Notes under the pieces: model-generated
Told to the model about the DNA's origin: nothing
What the model saw: only the letters and a program-made list of their open reading frames with translations
Database searches by the model: none
Program-made: the position numbers and the translations under genes
Assembly (NCBI GenBank): GCA_037138655.1
Contig: JBAXHY010000001.1
Location: forward strand, 6,221 to 70,220
Direction: 5' to 3'
Source of the DNA: a bacterium
Lineage (GTDB): Bacteria > Patescibacteriota > Saccharimonadia > Saccharimonadales > SZUA-47
DNA length: 64,000 bases
Shown: one piece after another, positions 39,925 through 49,936 of the stretch
How positions within the stretch are numbered: position 1 is the stretch's first letter
Layout: every line of letters begins with the position of its first letter

Positions 39925-41592
39925 TTACATAGATTCTGGTGCTTGAATGCCCAACAATTCTAAGCCTGTCTTTAAAACTTCGGCGTAGGTTTTAAGCAAC
40001 CCAACCTTTTGGGCTTCGCGGTCCGACCCAATTACTTTTTCGTTTTCATAAAATCTATTAAACACCTGGGTAAGTTCGTACAAGTAGGTACAGATATGAT
40101 GAGGCATTAGTTCGTACAGTACAACACTTATTACTTCTGGGAATTCGCTTACTTTTAGCGCAAGTGTTCGTTCGTGATCTGTAAAGTCAGTTGGCGACTC
40201 AGCTTTTTGTGTCGCTTTTTGCAAAATAGAACTTGCTCGTGCGTAGGCGTATTGTAAGTACGGACCACTGTTGCCGGCAACACTCACAGATTCTGCAGGG
40301 TCGTAAATAATGTCGCTACCAATACGCTGTTTTAAGAATGCATACTTTACAGCGCCCAATACAACCGACTTGTCGTCTTTGCCGCTTTGTTCTTGGTTAG
40401 CAGAACTTGCAGCTTCTAAAATATCTACAGCTCGCAGTATGTTGCCTTTACGGCTACTCATTTTTACGCCACCAGGTAGCTTAATAACTCCATGAGTTAA
40501 ATGAGTAGTACGTTCTGTGGCTTCTGGGTAAAAATTCGACAATACCTTCATTACTACTTTCATGTACTGTTCTATGTCGTTAGCTGTAATAATAAAACTT
40601 TGGTCAAATTTATAATCTTGCCATTTTGTTGCAGCCAAACCCAAATCTTTTGCTTCATAGGTTGGCAAACCATTACTATTCATAAATACGCGAGTATGAA
40701 GACCAAATTCTTCGCCCTTAAATACAACTGCGCCATCTGATTTTTCAAAAATGTTATCTTGCAGACCTTTGTTTACTATTTCTATACCAAGCGGCGTTAC
40801 TTCGCTTTCTGGCATATATTTTTCGAACGGCTGTATTTGAAGCTGCTCATATAATTTATCAAATCCTTCATAGCTCCATGTGCGACACGTCCAGTATATT
40901 TGCCCAAACGTGCTTTCATGATCTTTGGCTGTGTGAAGTTCGTACACTTTTTTATTTAATACAATTATTAACTGTTTAGCCTCTTCATTGGTTTCATAGG
41001 CTTCGTTACCTTCTACATACCTAGTGCTTAGCCATTCGAGTCTAGATTCTTTGTCTACGGATTGGAGTTTATCTGGATTTTCCCCGCCTAGTTCTTGCAA
41101 AATCGCCCACATAGTTTTGCCAACATGCAGTCCAACATCACCCCCAAAGTTGACTCTATGAACATTAGCACCGGCCGCTTGTAAAACATTTGCCACTACA
41201 TCACCTACAATACTGGTATACAAATGTCCGGCGTGAAGAACCTTAAAAGGGTTTGGGTCTGAATATTCTGCTACGACTACTTTGTCTTTTAGCGTCTGCT
41301 GGATTTTGGTACTGCTTTTAAGTAAATCTACTATTGCATTGTCTGCAAGACGAATGTTTAAAAACCCTGGACCTGCGACTGTTGCTTCAAAAATAGAACT
41401 ATTTGTTAATATTTCTGCAGAAATTTGCTCTGCTAATTCTTTGGGGTTTTTATTAAGTGAACCAGCAAGTTGCATAGCAACATTACTAGCAAAATCGCCA
41501 AAACGACTGTCAGGACGAGACAATACAATTTCTACATCCAATTTGTACAAATTATTTATTGCTTCTTTTAATATACTTTTTAATTGATCCAT
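39925..41592 (-). CDS. argS: Arginine--tRNA ligase
   Basis: FGDF, GPGFLN, HAGH, KMSSRKG and GPYLQYAYAR motifs. Confidence 0.97.
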   Translation of the reverse strand: MDQLKSILKEAINNLYKLDVEIVLSRPDSRFGDFASNVAMQLAGSLNKNPKELAEQISAEILTNSSIFEATVAGPGFLNIRLADNAIVDLLKSSTKIQQTLKDKVVVAEYSDPNPFKVLHAGHLYTSIVGDVVANVLQAAGANVHRVNFGGDVGLHVGKTMWAILQELGGENPDKLQSVDKESRLEWLSTRYVEGNEAYETNEEAKQLIIVLNKKVYELHTAKDHESTFGQIYWTCRTWSYEGFDKLYEQLQIQPFEKYMPESEVTPLGIEIVNKGLQDNIFEKSDGAVVFKGEEFGLHTRVFMNSNGLPTYEAKDLGLAATKWQDYKFDQSFIITANDIEQYMKVVMKVLSNFYPEATERTTHLTHGVIKLPGGVKMSSRKGNILRAVDILEAASSANQEQSGKDDKSVVLGAVKYAFLKQRIGSDIIYDPAESVSVAGNSGPYLQYAYARASSILQKATQKAESPTDFTDHERTLALKVSEFPEVISVVLYELMPHHICTYLYELTQVFNRFYENEKVIGSDREAQKVGLLKTYAEVLKTGLELLGIQAPESM

Positions 41593-41720
41593 ATTAGTTC
41601 TATTCTATCTTATTAACTCAAAAACATACACGTCCAACTTCTTAAAGACAATAATATTGACTTACTTGGCTGCGGGATTTTACATAAAACTTACCTCTGT
41701 TTTAATGGTATACTTGGCTA

Positions 41721-42350
41721 ATGGACAGATTACTAAATAAAATTGGTAGCACTGTAAGGGGCTGGATGATTATTCCGGCAAAAGTATTAAATAGTCTATC
41801 TGGTGGACTCATAAAACCTAACCACATTACACTTGTTTCGTTACTTGGTCATATTTTAGTAATTTGGGCACTTTGGTACAGTCGACCTATATTAGCAGCT
41901 GTTTTATTGGCATTTTTTGGACTTATGGACAGCCTTGATGGTGCGTTAGCAAGATTGCAAAAAACAGCCTCGTTAAATGGAATGCTATACGACGCATCCA
42001 GCGATAGAGCTAAAGAAGTTCTTATATATGTAGGGCTAACTCAGTACGTTTTTGTTCATACAAACGACTTCATTTGGTTACCTGCGGCAGTTTTAGGTGG
42101 ATCGCTTGTTGTTAGTTACATAAAAGCCAAGGGTGAAATGGCACTTGCTAGTGTTAAAAAACACGATAAACAAATGCTTAACAAAATTTTTGCAGATGGA
42201 ATAGCCAGATACGAAGTCAGAATGGCAATTGTTGTTTTTGGCTTACTGGCTGGGCAAATAATTTTATCGCTATGGTTGTTGCTGGTACTTGTTGGATACA
42301 CTGCCCTGCAAAGAATTGTTCGCATATCTAGGGCTTTAAATAATGTATAA
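41721..42350 (+). CDS. CDP-alcohol phosphatidyltransferase
   Basis: PN.IT and D.LDG.LAR.......G...D...DR signature. Confidence 0.92.
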   Translation: MDRLLNKIGSTVRGWMIIPAKVLNSLSGGLIKPNHITLVSLLGHILVIWALWYSRPILAAVLLAFFGLMDSLDGALARLQKTASLNGMLYDASSDRAKEVLIYVGLTQYVFVHTNDFIWLPAAVLGGSLVVSYIKAKGEMALASVKKHDKQMLNKIFADGIARYEVRMAIVVFGLLAGQIILSLWLLLVLVGYTALQRIVRISRALNNV

Positions 42351-42996
42351 GGTCGACCTTCATACTCATTCTGTTGCTTCACCAGACGGAGGAATATCAC
42401 CAGAACAATATGCAAAAATATTAGAATCCGAAAAACTAGATTATATTGCAATCACCGACCACGACAGAATAGATTTTGCTTTAGGACTACAAAAAGCTCT
42501 TGGTGACCGTATTATCGTTGGGCAAGAAATAACTACTTCAGAAGGAGAGCTAATCGGTCTTTTTTTAAAAAGTCGCATTACTCCTAATTTATCTGCCCTA
42601 GAAACAGCGCATGCCATAAAAGATCAAGGTGGCTTAGTATACGTACCTCACCCGTTCGAGATTGTCCGAAAAGGCATTCAAATAGACAACCTCCAAAAAA
42701 TTACCGAACTTGTTGATATTATCGAAATTCATAATGGTCGAGCCCTTAATAACAAGCACTCATTAAAAGCAGCAACATGGGCAAAACTAAACAACAAATC
42801 TGGTGCATCAAGCAGCGACGCTCATGGATATAAAGGCTTGGGTTATAGCTACAGCGTCCTTAAAGAAGTCCCGGCAAGAGGCTCATTGGTTAGTAGCCTT
42901 AATATGACCGCATTGGCTCACAGACGCGCACCAGTCACTACATTTTTGTACCCCAAACTTAACCGCTTAGGCAAAAAAATAGGGATTAAAAAATAA
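42343..42996 (+). CDS. PHP-domain phosphoesterase
   Basis: DLHTHS..S.DG, AITDHD, HP and SDAH motifs. Confidence 0.9.
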   Translation: MYKVDLHTHSVASPDGGISPEQYAKILESEKLDYIAITDHDRIDFALGLQKALGDRIIVGQEITTSEGELIGLFLKSRITPNLSALETAHAIKDQGGLVYVPHPFEIVRKGIQIDNLQKITELVDIIEIHNGRALNNKHSLKAATWAKLNNKSGASSSDAHGYKGLGYSYSVLKEVPARGSLVSSLNMTALAHRRAPVTTFLYPKLNRLGKKIGIKK

Positions 42997-43553
42997 TGTT
43001 AAATCATTTATTGTTTGGACTTTGGTATTTTTTACCTGCTGGTTTTGCTAATGCGGCTCCTGTTTTTGCTAAAAAAATTCCCCTGTTAAATAAGCTTGAT
43101 ATGCCAATTGATTGTCATAAATCTTTTAAAGGAAAACGTATTTTTGGTGACCATAAAACTGTAAGAGGTTTTGTTGCGGGCACACTAATAGGATCTGTCA
43201 CCGGACTGTTGCAATACGTTGCCTACTTTCATTTTGGATGGTTTCAGAATTTTAGTTTAGTTATATACACAAGTGTCTGGCAATGCCTTTTATTGGGCGC
43301 TCTGCTTGGTTTTGGTGCATTATTTGGCGATGCAGTTAAAAGCTTTTTTAAAAGACAATTTTCTGTTCCTTCCGGAAAAGCTTGGTTTCCTTTTGACCAA
43401 ATAGACTACATTATTGGGGGCTTACTGTTTGGTTCTATATTAATAGACTTGCCTCATTCAGAATACATCTGGATTGTACTGGTTTGGTTTTTAATACACC
43501 CATTGGCAACATTTATAGGATGGCTAATGGGATTAAAAGACTCGCCAATTTAA
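42996..43553 (+). CDS. CDP-archaeol synthase (CarS/DUF46)-like protein
   Basis: PA..AN..PV, PID......GKRIFGDHKT.RG, GD...SFFKR.....G and P.DQ.D motifs. Confidence 0.85.
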   Translation: MLNHLLFGLWYFLPAGFANAAPVFAKKIPLLNKLDMPIDCHKSFKGKRIFGDHKTVRGFVAGTLIGSVTGLLQYVAYFHFGWFQNFSLVIYTSVWQCLLLGALLGFGALFGDAVKSFFKRQFSVPSGKAWFPFDQIDYIIGGLLFGSILIDLPHSEYIWIVLVWFLIHPLATFIGWLMGLKDSPI

Positions 43554-43554
43554 A

Positions 43555-44223
43555 CTAATATTTGTAAATAAATTGCGGGTAATCTTCGAGCTTTTCTAGC
43601 TTAACTTTATATGCAGCTAGTTGTTGGTTTAACGAAAATTCGTTTCCTGATGTTAGACCGTAAGTTATAAAAGGCTCAAGTACGTTAAATCCACAATATG
43701 CTAAAGTCCCGTGTAATAACGGGTATAACATTTGTTGGACTGTCGCCCTGTGTACGCCGCCGCTTTGATAATATTTTTCTTCGTCACCTACCGTTACAGT
43801 TACTCCGGCAATTTTTCCTCTGTAAAGTCCTGTGCTAAACATATGGTTAGCGTCCCATGCTGTTCCTTTTGTAAGAACGCGGTCAAACCAACCTTTTAAG
43901 ATTGCAGGTGGTGCATTCCACCAAAGTGGAAAATGAAACAAAATAACGTCTGCTGCTTGTACTTTTTGAATTTCGTCTACGATGTCTGGAGAATAAGCCA
44001 AATCTTGCTTAGAAGCAGCTTCTTGTTCGTTAAGGTAGTTATAATGTTTACCTGTAAGAGTTCTAAAATCGTATTTTTCGGCAACAGGGTTAAAACCTAC
44101 TCCGTGCAAATCCGATACAACTACGTTATGACCGGCAAGACTTAAAACTTCTTGGGCGACATTATTAAGAGCAGCTGTATACGAAGTCGGTTCTATATGT
44201 GCGTAAACCAGCAAAATGTTCAT
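43555..44223 (-). CDS. NAD(P)H:quinone oxidoreductase (flavodoxin-2 fold)
   Basis: ILLVYAH.E..S and FPLWW..PAILKGWFDRV motifs; start moved to ATG 44223. Confidence 0.92.
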   Translation of the reverse strand: MNILLVYAHIEPTSYTAALNNVAQEVLSLAGHNVVVSDLHGVGFNPVAEKYDFRTLTGKHYNYLNEQEAASKQDLAYSPDIVDEIQKVQAADVILFHFPLWWNAPPAILKGWFDRVLTKGTAWDANHMFSTGLYRGKIAGVTVTVGDEEKYYQSGGVHRATVQQMLYPLLHGTLAYCGFNVLEPFITYGLTSGNEFSLNQQLAAYKVKLEKLEDYPQFIYKY

Positions 44224-44271
44224 GCTTACTATTATATATCTATTTGCCCAGATTAGTTCATAAACGAACAA

Positions 44272-45060
44272 TTATCTAGACGATTGTGCTCGATGAACAA
44301 TAGCTCTTACTGTGCGGCGAGGCAATAATCTTACAGCGTATGCACCAAACTTGTTTCCGGCACCATGAATAGCGACTACCTTGCCGCGCTTCATTGCCCT
44401 GTAGCCATACCTAGCAACTGTTGCAGCAGTAGGTAGTTTTTTTCCTTGTACTAATTTAGAGCCAGACATAATTGCTGCTTCCTGAAATTTACTTGCAGTA
44501 GGTCCTGGGCAAAGAGCTGTTACGCGTACTCCCTTTTTATGTAGTTCGGTAGCGATTGCCTCTGTAAAATGCAGAACATACGACTTGGTAGCATAATAAA
44601 CGGCCATTAAAGGTCCGGGCTGAAAAGCTGCAGTACTCGCAACATTTACAATGTGCCCGCGGCCTAACTTTTCAAATTGCTCTGCGTACACCTTGCTTAG
44701 ATACGTTAAAGCCATAACATTAAGATTTATCATGTCTTGTTCTTTTTGCCACGACGTAGTAATAAAACTTCCATAATCGCCAGATCCTGCGTGATTAATT
44801 AAATACATAACGTTAAGCTGTTCACTTTTAGTGTAGCCATGCAAGGTCTCTGCATTTGCTAATACCGTTAAGTCCAGTGACAATATACGAACATCAATAT
44901 TAAAACCTTCACGTAGCTCTTTAGAAACTTGCTCAAGTTCTGCCTTGCCGCGTGCAACCAAAACAAGATTAACTGCGTCTGCTGCAAATAATCTAGCAAA
45001 CTCCAAGCCTATACCACTTGTAGCACCGGTAATAACTGCATACGCATTATCATTATTCAT
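44272..45060 (-). CDS. Short-chain dehydrogenase/reductase
   Basis: TGATSGIG, YYATK and CPGPT motifs. Confidence 0.93.
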   Translation of the reverse strand: MNNDNAYAVITGATSGIGLEFARLFAADAVNLVLVARGKAELEQVSKELREGFNIDVRILSLDLTVLANAETLHGYTKSEQLNVMYLINHAGSGDYGSFITTSWQKEQDMINLNVMALTYLSKVYAEQFEKLGRGHIVNVASTAAFQPGPLMAVYYATKSYVLHFTEAIATELHKKGVRVTALCPGPTASKFQEAAIMSGSKLVQGKKLPTAATVARYGYRAMKRGKVVAIHGAGNKFGAYAVRLLPRRTVRAIVHRAQSSR

Positions 45061-45118
45061 ATTAATAACTATACCAGAGCGCTTAAGCTAAACAACTTAC
45101 TAGCGTATTTAAACTAAT

Positions 45119-45559
45119 TTAAGCACCGATAGGTTCGAAAGTCTTTTTAAGCACAGTTAATCGCATATCTGCAATCTTCCAGCGACCGGCAACTTTTTTA
45201 AAGGTGTACTTATAGACACCGCTCATTTTCATGACGTATCGTGTGTTTCCCTTAGCGGTGTAATATCTTGCTTCTACTTCGCTTTCGGCTTCAACTTCTT
45301 TTTTGCCTGTTCGTTCGATTTTCATGCCACCAATAACTTTTTGTTTGGCGCTATAATACAAGTCACGCACAATTCGACGCCAATTATATATTGCCATCGA
45401 ACTAGGTCTTTGACCTGGTAACTGATCTGTTAATGCTTCGTCGTCGATAAACGGCTTTTCTACAAAATATTGCTCTAATTTATCCCATTGACCTTGATCT
45501 TGGTAAAGTAAAACCTGGTGAATTAACTCGGTAATGTGGGTTTGTACTGCTGAACTCAT
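45119..45559 (-). CDS. NTF2/SnoaL-like protein
   Basis: D...WD.L..YF N-terminus and G.Y.Y.F.K..G.WKI C-terminus; SD-like AGAGGGG before ATG 45559. Confidence 0.7.
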   Translation of the reverse strand: MSSAVQTHITELIHQVLLYQDQGQWDKLEQYFVEKPFIDDEALTDQLPGQRPSSMAIYNWRRIVRDLYYSAKQKVIGGMKIERTGKKEVEAESEVEARYYTAKGNTRYVMKMSGVYKYTFKKVAGRWKIADMRLTVLKKTFEPIGA

Positions 45560-45617
45560 GAATGTCCCCTCTTTCTTGTCAGTTCTTATACTAACACATT
45601 TAATTGTAGTCTGAGTT

Positions 45618-45644
45618 TTAGCACTCGTCAAGTGTGAGTGCTAA
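45618..45644. promoter_or_regulatory. CIRCE (HrcA operator), perfect match
   Basis: TTAGCACTC-GTCAAGTGT-GAGTGCTAA. Confidence 0.9.
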
Positions 45645-45670
45645 ATAACAGATATGTTAAACTTATTATT

Positions 45671-46138
45671 ATGGCTAATAAAGTTCGAATAATAGTAGTT
45701 GGTAAAGCGCATGATAAATTGTTCCTTGCAGCTATATCAGAATACGAAAAACGCATAAACCCGTATTTAAAAATACAGTGGTTAATAATACCTCCCAAAA
45801 CTGAAGCAACAATCGTCCAAACTGTTACCTCCGAAAGTAATTATATTCTTGCAAACTTAAAGGAAGCTGAATATGTATTTTTGCTAGACGAACACGGCAC
45901 ACAAATGACTTCAACCGAATTTAGTGCATCGCTTACGTCTGCACTGTCGGTAAGTAAGGATGTTGCATTTGTTATAGGCGGAGCTTACGGGGTTTCCGAA
46001 ACATTAAAAAATCGAGCAAACAAAATTGTTTCTTTTGGCAAGATGGTAATGCCGCATCAGTTAATGCGCCTTGTGCTTGCAGAACAACTGTACAGATCCA
46101 TTAGCATACAAAATGGAACTGGCTATCATCACGATTAA
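45671..46138 (+). CDS. rlmH: 23S rRNA m3-pseudouridine1915 methyltransferase
   Basis: LLDE.G..MTS.EF, FVIGGAYG, PHQLMR..L.EQLYR and YH motifs. Confidence 0.95.
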   Translation: MANKVRIIVVGKAHDKLFLAAISEYEKRINPYLKIQWLIIPPKTEATIVQTVTSESNYILANLKEAEYVFLLDEHGTQMTSTEFSASLTSALSVSKDVAFVIGGAYGVSETLKNRANKIVSFGKMVMPHQLMRLVLAEQLYRSISIQNGTGYHHD

Positions 46139-46776
46139 AGATTTTGAACTGTATCAAATAACTTATATGGACTGTCTATCAAAACAGTTGGTGGAGACTT
46201 TTTAAAGCCGTCTGGCCCTGCTACGCCCCAAGAAACTCCTATAACATCTATATCGGCCTTTTTACAAGCAACCGTGTCCCTTGTCTCGTCGCCAACGTAT
46301 ACGACCCCTCTTTTATCTAGAGCAAATTTTTTAATTATTCTTTTTAAGGCTTTATCTTTTCCGAATAAAGTTTTTTCAGAAATAATAAAATCGAACAAAG
46401 GATATTGGTGTGTTTCTAAAAATTCACGCACTAAGTGTTCTTGATTACTAGTTAAAACCCCTAGCCTGTAACCTTTTGCTTTTAAGTTTTCTAGTGCTTC
46501 GATGATTCCGTCGTATGGTTTAACTTCGGACATATGCGAACGCATTTCTTTGCTTATCGTCAAAACCATCGCTGGTAGTCTAGACAGCCTGATGTTTTTT
46601 AACTTCATAGCTTTGGTGTATCCAAGATCTCTTACTGCTTGGCGAAGGCCTGGTAATTCTGACTCTTCGACTGTATCTGCTCCAAACTGTTCGGCGTATT
46701 GATTATACAATCGCACAGCCAGACCTATGCTGTCTGCCAGTGTACCGTCAAAATCAAAAATTACGACTTGTTTCAT
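46135..46776 (-). CDS. HAD-family hydrolase
   Basis: IFDFDGTLADS, TSN and YVGDE.RD motifs; start moved to ATG 46776. Confidence 0.9.
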   Translation of the reverse strand: MKQVVIFDFDGTLADSIGLAVRLYNQYAEQFGADTVEESELPGLRQAVRDLGYTKAMKLKNIRLSRLPAMVLTISKEMRSHMSEVKPYDGIIEALENLKAKGYRLGVLTSNQEHLVREFLETHQYPLFDFIISEKTLFGKDKALKRIIKKFALDKRGVVYVGDETRDTVACKKADIDVIGVSWGVAGPDGFKKSPPTVLIDSPYKLFDTVQNL

Positions 46777-46831
46777 TTGATATTTATTATACAGCAAATT
46801 TTTTATACATTTACGGTCAAGTATAGTAAAA

Positions 46832-47557
46832 CTACTCTGCTTTTTTGAAGGCTTCTGTTCCTGCAGTGATTGGCATAACAAAACTAAACTTTTTTAACAT
46901 AGTTTCTGTTTGTGAAGGCATTGCTCTAAGTGCATTAATTTTAATGTCATACAGTTCATCTTTTAAACAAAAACAAATATCGCAATCGGTATCTTTATAA
47001 ATTTGAGGCTGATCAATGTTAAAAAACACGTTAAGTTCTTTGTCTGCTACTAGTATGCTTTTATACTGTTCTTCTGTTTGGATCGCATGATAAATTGTAG
47101 CGCTTTTTAAGGCTCTTTTATTGGCCAATCCAGCCCATTCAGAAACAGTTTTATGGTCTAAATGCCCTGTCATTCCGTCGGGCCCAAAGGTCAAAATCGT
47201 ATCTGGACTATAGTCGTTAATAAGTTTCGTAATCTTATCTACTGCACTATTTAAATCTACGTCAACGCAGCACCCATCAGAATAATCAAGCCAATGGTGG
47301 TCGTCGATTCCTAATATTTTTCTTACTTCATTAAGTTCTTCTTCTCTTATTCCGGCAAGCATGTTGGCGGGCCATCTGGATTCATCTTGTACGCCAGCTT
47401 CGCCTTTTGTGGCAGTTATAAAAACTACTTTTTGGCCATTTTGTATTGCCGCAGCCATTATTCCACCAGAAGAATAAGTTTCATCATCTGGGTGAGCCCA
47501 TATGCCCATAATTGTGCCCAGTGTAGCAATATCTTCGATTGTAGTTATAGACTTCAT
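46832..47557 (-). CDS. PIG-L/LmbE family deacetylase
   Basis: AHPDDE, T.GE.G, R.EE and GH.DH motifs. Confidence 0.92.
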   Translation of the reverse strand: MKSITTIEDIATLGTIMGIWAHPDDETYSSGGIMAAAIQNGQKVVFITATKGEAGVQDESRWPANMLAGIREEELNEVRKILGIDDHHWLDYSDGCCVDVDLNSAVDKITKLINDYSPDTILTFGPDGMTGHLDHKTVSEWAGLANKRALKSATIYHAIQTEEQYKSILVADKELNVFFNIDQPQIYKDTDCDICFCLKDELYDIKINALRAMPSQTETMLKKFSFVMPITAGTEAFKKAE

Positions 47558-47606
47558 TAATTATCATTTTAAACTAGTGTACTCAAACATCAATTATTAA
47601 TAATTT

Positions 47607-47645
47607 AAAATAAAAACACCGGGTTTTATGCCGGTGTTTTTATTT
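47607..47645 (-). terminator. Terminator downstream of tRNA-Ser
   Basis: AAAATAAAAACACCGG..CCGGTGTTTTTATTTT inverted repeat. Confidence 0.8.
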
Positions 47646-47735
47646 TGGCGGAGAAGGAGGGATTTGAACCCTCGATGGAGTTGCCCCCATACCGCCTTTC
47701 CAAGGCGGCGCACTAGGCCACTATGCGACCTCTCC
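47646..47735 (-). tRNA. tRNA-Ser(GGA)
   Basis: Reverse complement GGAGAGG..CCGCC-TTGGAAA-GGCGG, long variable arm, GGTTCAAATCC, encoded CCA. Confidence 0.97.
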
Positions 47736-47853
47736 GTACGTGAAAAATAATACCATAGTTACTGTGCAGTTGCATTGTGGTGCATTATACATCACATTAA
47801 TTACCTTAATGCTTGCGACCGGTGTTTTTTAACAGGTACTATACATATTAACT

Positions 47854-48714
47854 ATGTCTGTTATAAAAATTGAAGATGTTTCTAAATTGTTTGGCTTTGG
47901 CGACGCCGCTACTGTTGCACTTGATGAAGTTAGCGTAACCATAGAAAAAGGTGAGTTTTTAGCAATTATGGGGCCAAGTGGCTCTGGCAAAACAACTCTT
48001 ATGAACATGATTGGGTTACTAGACAGACCAACTTACGGAAAGTTTATGCTCGACGAAAAAGATGTTTCTAAGATGCGCGTAAACAAAAGAGCAAAACTAA
48101 GAAGAGACAACATCGGTTTTATTTTTCAGTCTTTTCATATGTTGCCAAAATTAAGTGTCCTAGAAAACGTAGCACTTCCCCTTGCCTACAAAGGCGTGGG
48201 TCAAACAAAACGTTTAAAGCGTGCATCTGCAGTACTAGAACAAGTTGGTTTGTCGGACAGAGAATATTTTTACCCGCATCAATTGTCGGGCGGGCAATTG
48301 CAGCGTGCCGCAATTGCAAGAGCGCTAGTAAATAGCCCCAGTATAATAATTGCCGACGAGCCCACCGGAAACCTTGATACAGAATCTACAAGAGTAGTAA
48401 TGGAGTTGTTAAGCGAAATCCACAGCATGGGTAATACAATTTTAATGGTTACGCATAATCCTATTTTAACTAGGTATGCGTCCAGAATAATTTATATGCG
48501 CGACGGCGGTATAGTTTACGACGAAGCCAGCGACGTAGGTCAATTACCTGGCAGAGTCGAAAGAGCCCTTCAAGCTGTACGAACAAGTCGCGAAGAAGAT
48601 CGTATTGCTGGTGTTTCTGATTACTTAAAAGCAATGCCGCAAAAAAAATCCCCTAAACGCACAACTACAAAAAGCAAAAAAAGGCACAGCGCTAAACGAA
48701 GGACAAAATCATGA
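47854..48714 (+). CDS. ABC transporter ATP-binding protein (MacB/LolD type)
   Basis: GPSGSGKT, LSGGQ.QR, ADEPTGNLD and VTH motifs. Confidence 0.93.
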   Translation: MSVIKIEDVSKLFGFGDAATVALDEVSVTIEKGEFLAIMGPSGSGKTTLMNMIGLLDRPTYGKFMLDEKDVSKMRVNKRAKLRRDNIGFIFQSFHMLPKLSVLENVALPLAYKGVGQTKRLKRASAVLEQVGLSDREYFYPHQLSGGQLQRAAIARALVNSPSIIIADEPTGNLDTESTRVVMELLSEIHSMGNTILMVTHNPILTRYASRIIYMRDGGIVYDEASDVGQLPGRVERALQAVRTSREEDRIAGVSDYLKAMPQKKSPKRTTTKSKKRHSAKRRTKS

Positions 48715-49934
48715 ATAAAGAACACTTGAATATGGCCCTTAGTTCTATTAATGCATCCAGAACCAGAAGTTTTATGACTATGTTTGGAGTAATTATTAGT
48801 GTGTCGTCTGTAATAACTATAGTTGGACTTGGGCACGGACTACGAAACCAGGTAAGCGAACAAATTACAAAACTAGGAAGTAATTTAATAATTGTTCAAC
48901 CCGGAAAACCCAACAGCAGTAGTGCCGTAAGCCTTCAGTCATTACAAAGTGTTGCGAGCAGTCCTGAAGGCATAATAACCGAGCAAGATCTTTCGGCAGT
49001 TGCAAAAACAGCAGACATAAACTTATTAAGCCCTATCGCTACAATTACAGGCCTACCGAGTTTTGAAGAAAAAACTATGACAAATACAGTAATAGTTGGC
49101 GCAAGCGAATCTTTGCCAGAAATAGTCGATAAAAAAGTTAAATACGGTAGCTTTTTTTCTAAAGAAGATTTAGCTAAATATTATGCAGTTATAGGCAGAG
49201 GCGTTGCCGAAGAATTGTTTAACGAAAACATTCCAATCGGTAAATCATTCAAAATCAGAAACGTAGAATTTATTGTACAAGGAGTATTTGAAGAAACACC
49301 CGTTACTCCATTGTCTCCATCTGTTAACTTTAATAATTCTATTGTTATACCTTATGCAAAAGCCAAAGAAATAAGTGCTGGCAGCATGCAAATAAGCCAA
49401 ATACTAGTAACTACAAAAAGTGCGGACGTGACAGAAAAAGTGTCTAAAACTATACAATCTACAATACTAAAAAACCACGGTGGACAAGAGGATTTTAGTG
49501 TACTAAGGCAAGAGGAAACTTTGGCAATTAGTGACGGAGTATTTAGCCAATTAACTATTTTCATTGGTGGTGTTGCCCTTATTTCACTAATTGTTGGCGG
49601 TATTGGAATAATGAACATTATGTTTGCAACGGTTAGTGAACGTACGCGTGAAATTGGAATCAGAAAAGCAATTGGTGCAACAAATAAACAAATCATCGAT
49701 CAATTTATAATAGAGGCAGTGACGTTATCTGCTACTGGTGGAATTGTAGGCATAATACTATCACTCATGATTATTATTGCAATTAGATCCACCACAAGCC
49801 TAGAACCGGCAATAGTGTTACCTGTAATTGGCGCGTCTTTTTTGGTAAGCGTTGGGGTAGGAATAGTGTCTGGAATATTACCGGCTATTAAAGCAGCCCG
49901 AAAAGATCCTATTGATTCGCTACGCGGAATTTAG
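48711..49934 (+). CDS. ABC transporter permease (MacB/FtsX type)
   Basis: VGGIGIMNIM...V.ERTREIGIRKAIGA and A.KAA..DPI motifs. Confidence 0.93.
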   Translation: MNKEHLNMALSSINASRTRSFMTMFGVIISVSSVITIVGLGHGLRNQVSEQITKLGSNLIIVQPGKPNSSSAVSLQSLQSVASSPEGIITEQDLSAVAKTADINLLSPIATITGLPSFEEKTMTNTVIVGASESLPEIVDKKVKYGSFFSKEDLAKYYAVIGRGVAEELFNENIPIGKSFKIRNVEFIVQGVFEETPVTPLSPSVNFNNSIVIPYAKAKEISAGSMQISQILVTTKSADVTEKVSKTIQSTILKNHGGQEDFSVLRQEETLAISDGVFSQLTIFIGGVALISLIVGGIGIMNIMFATVSERTREIGIRKAIGATNKQIIDQFIIEAVTLSATGGIVGIILSLMIIIAIRSTTSLEPAIVLPVIGASFLVSVGVGIVSGILPAIKAARKDPIDSLRGI

Positions 49935-49936
49935 AA

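Noticed and set aside
47631-47829. 11-bp direct repeat CCGGTGTTTTT flanking tRNA-Ser as an att site
   Set aside because: Short and T-rich, not a tRNA 3'-end duplication, and no integrase nearby.
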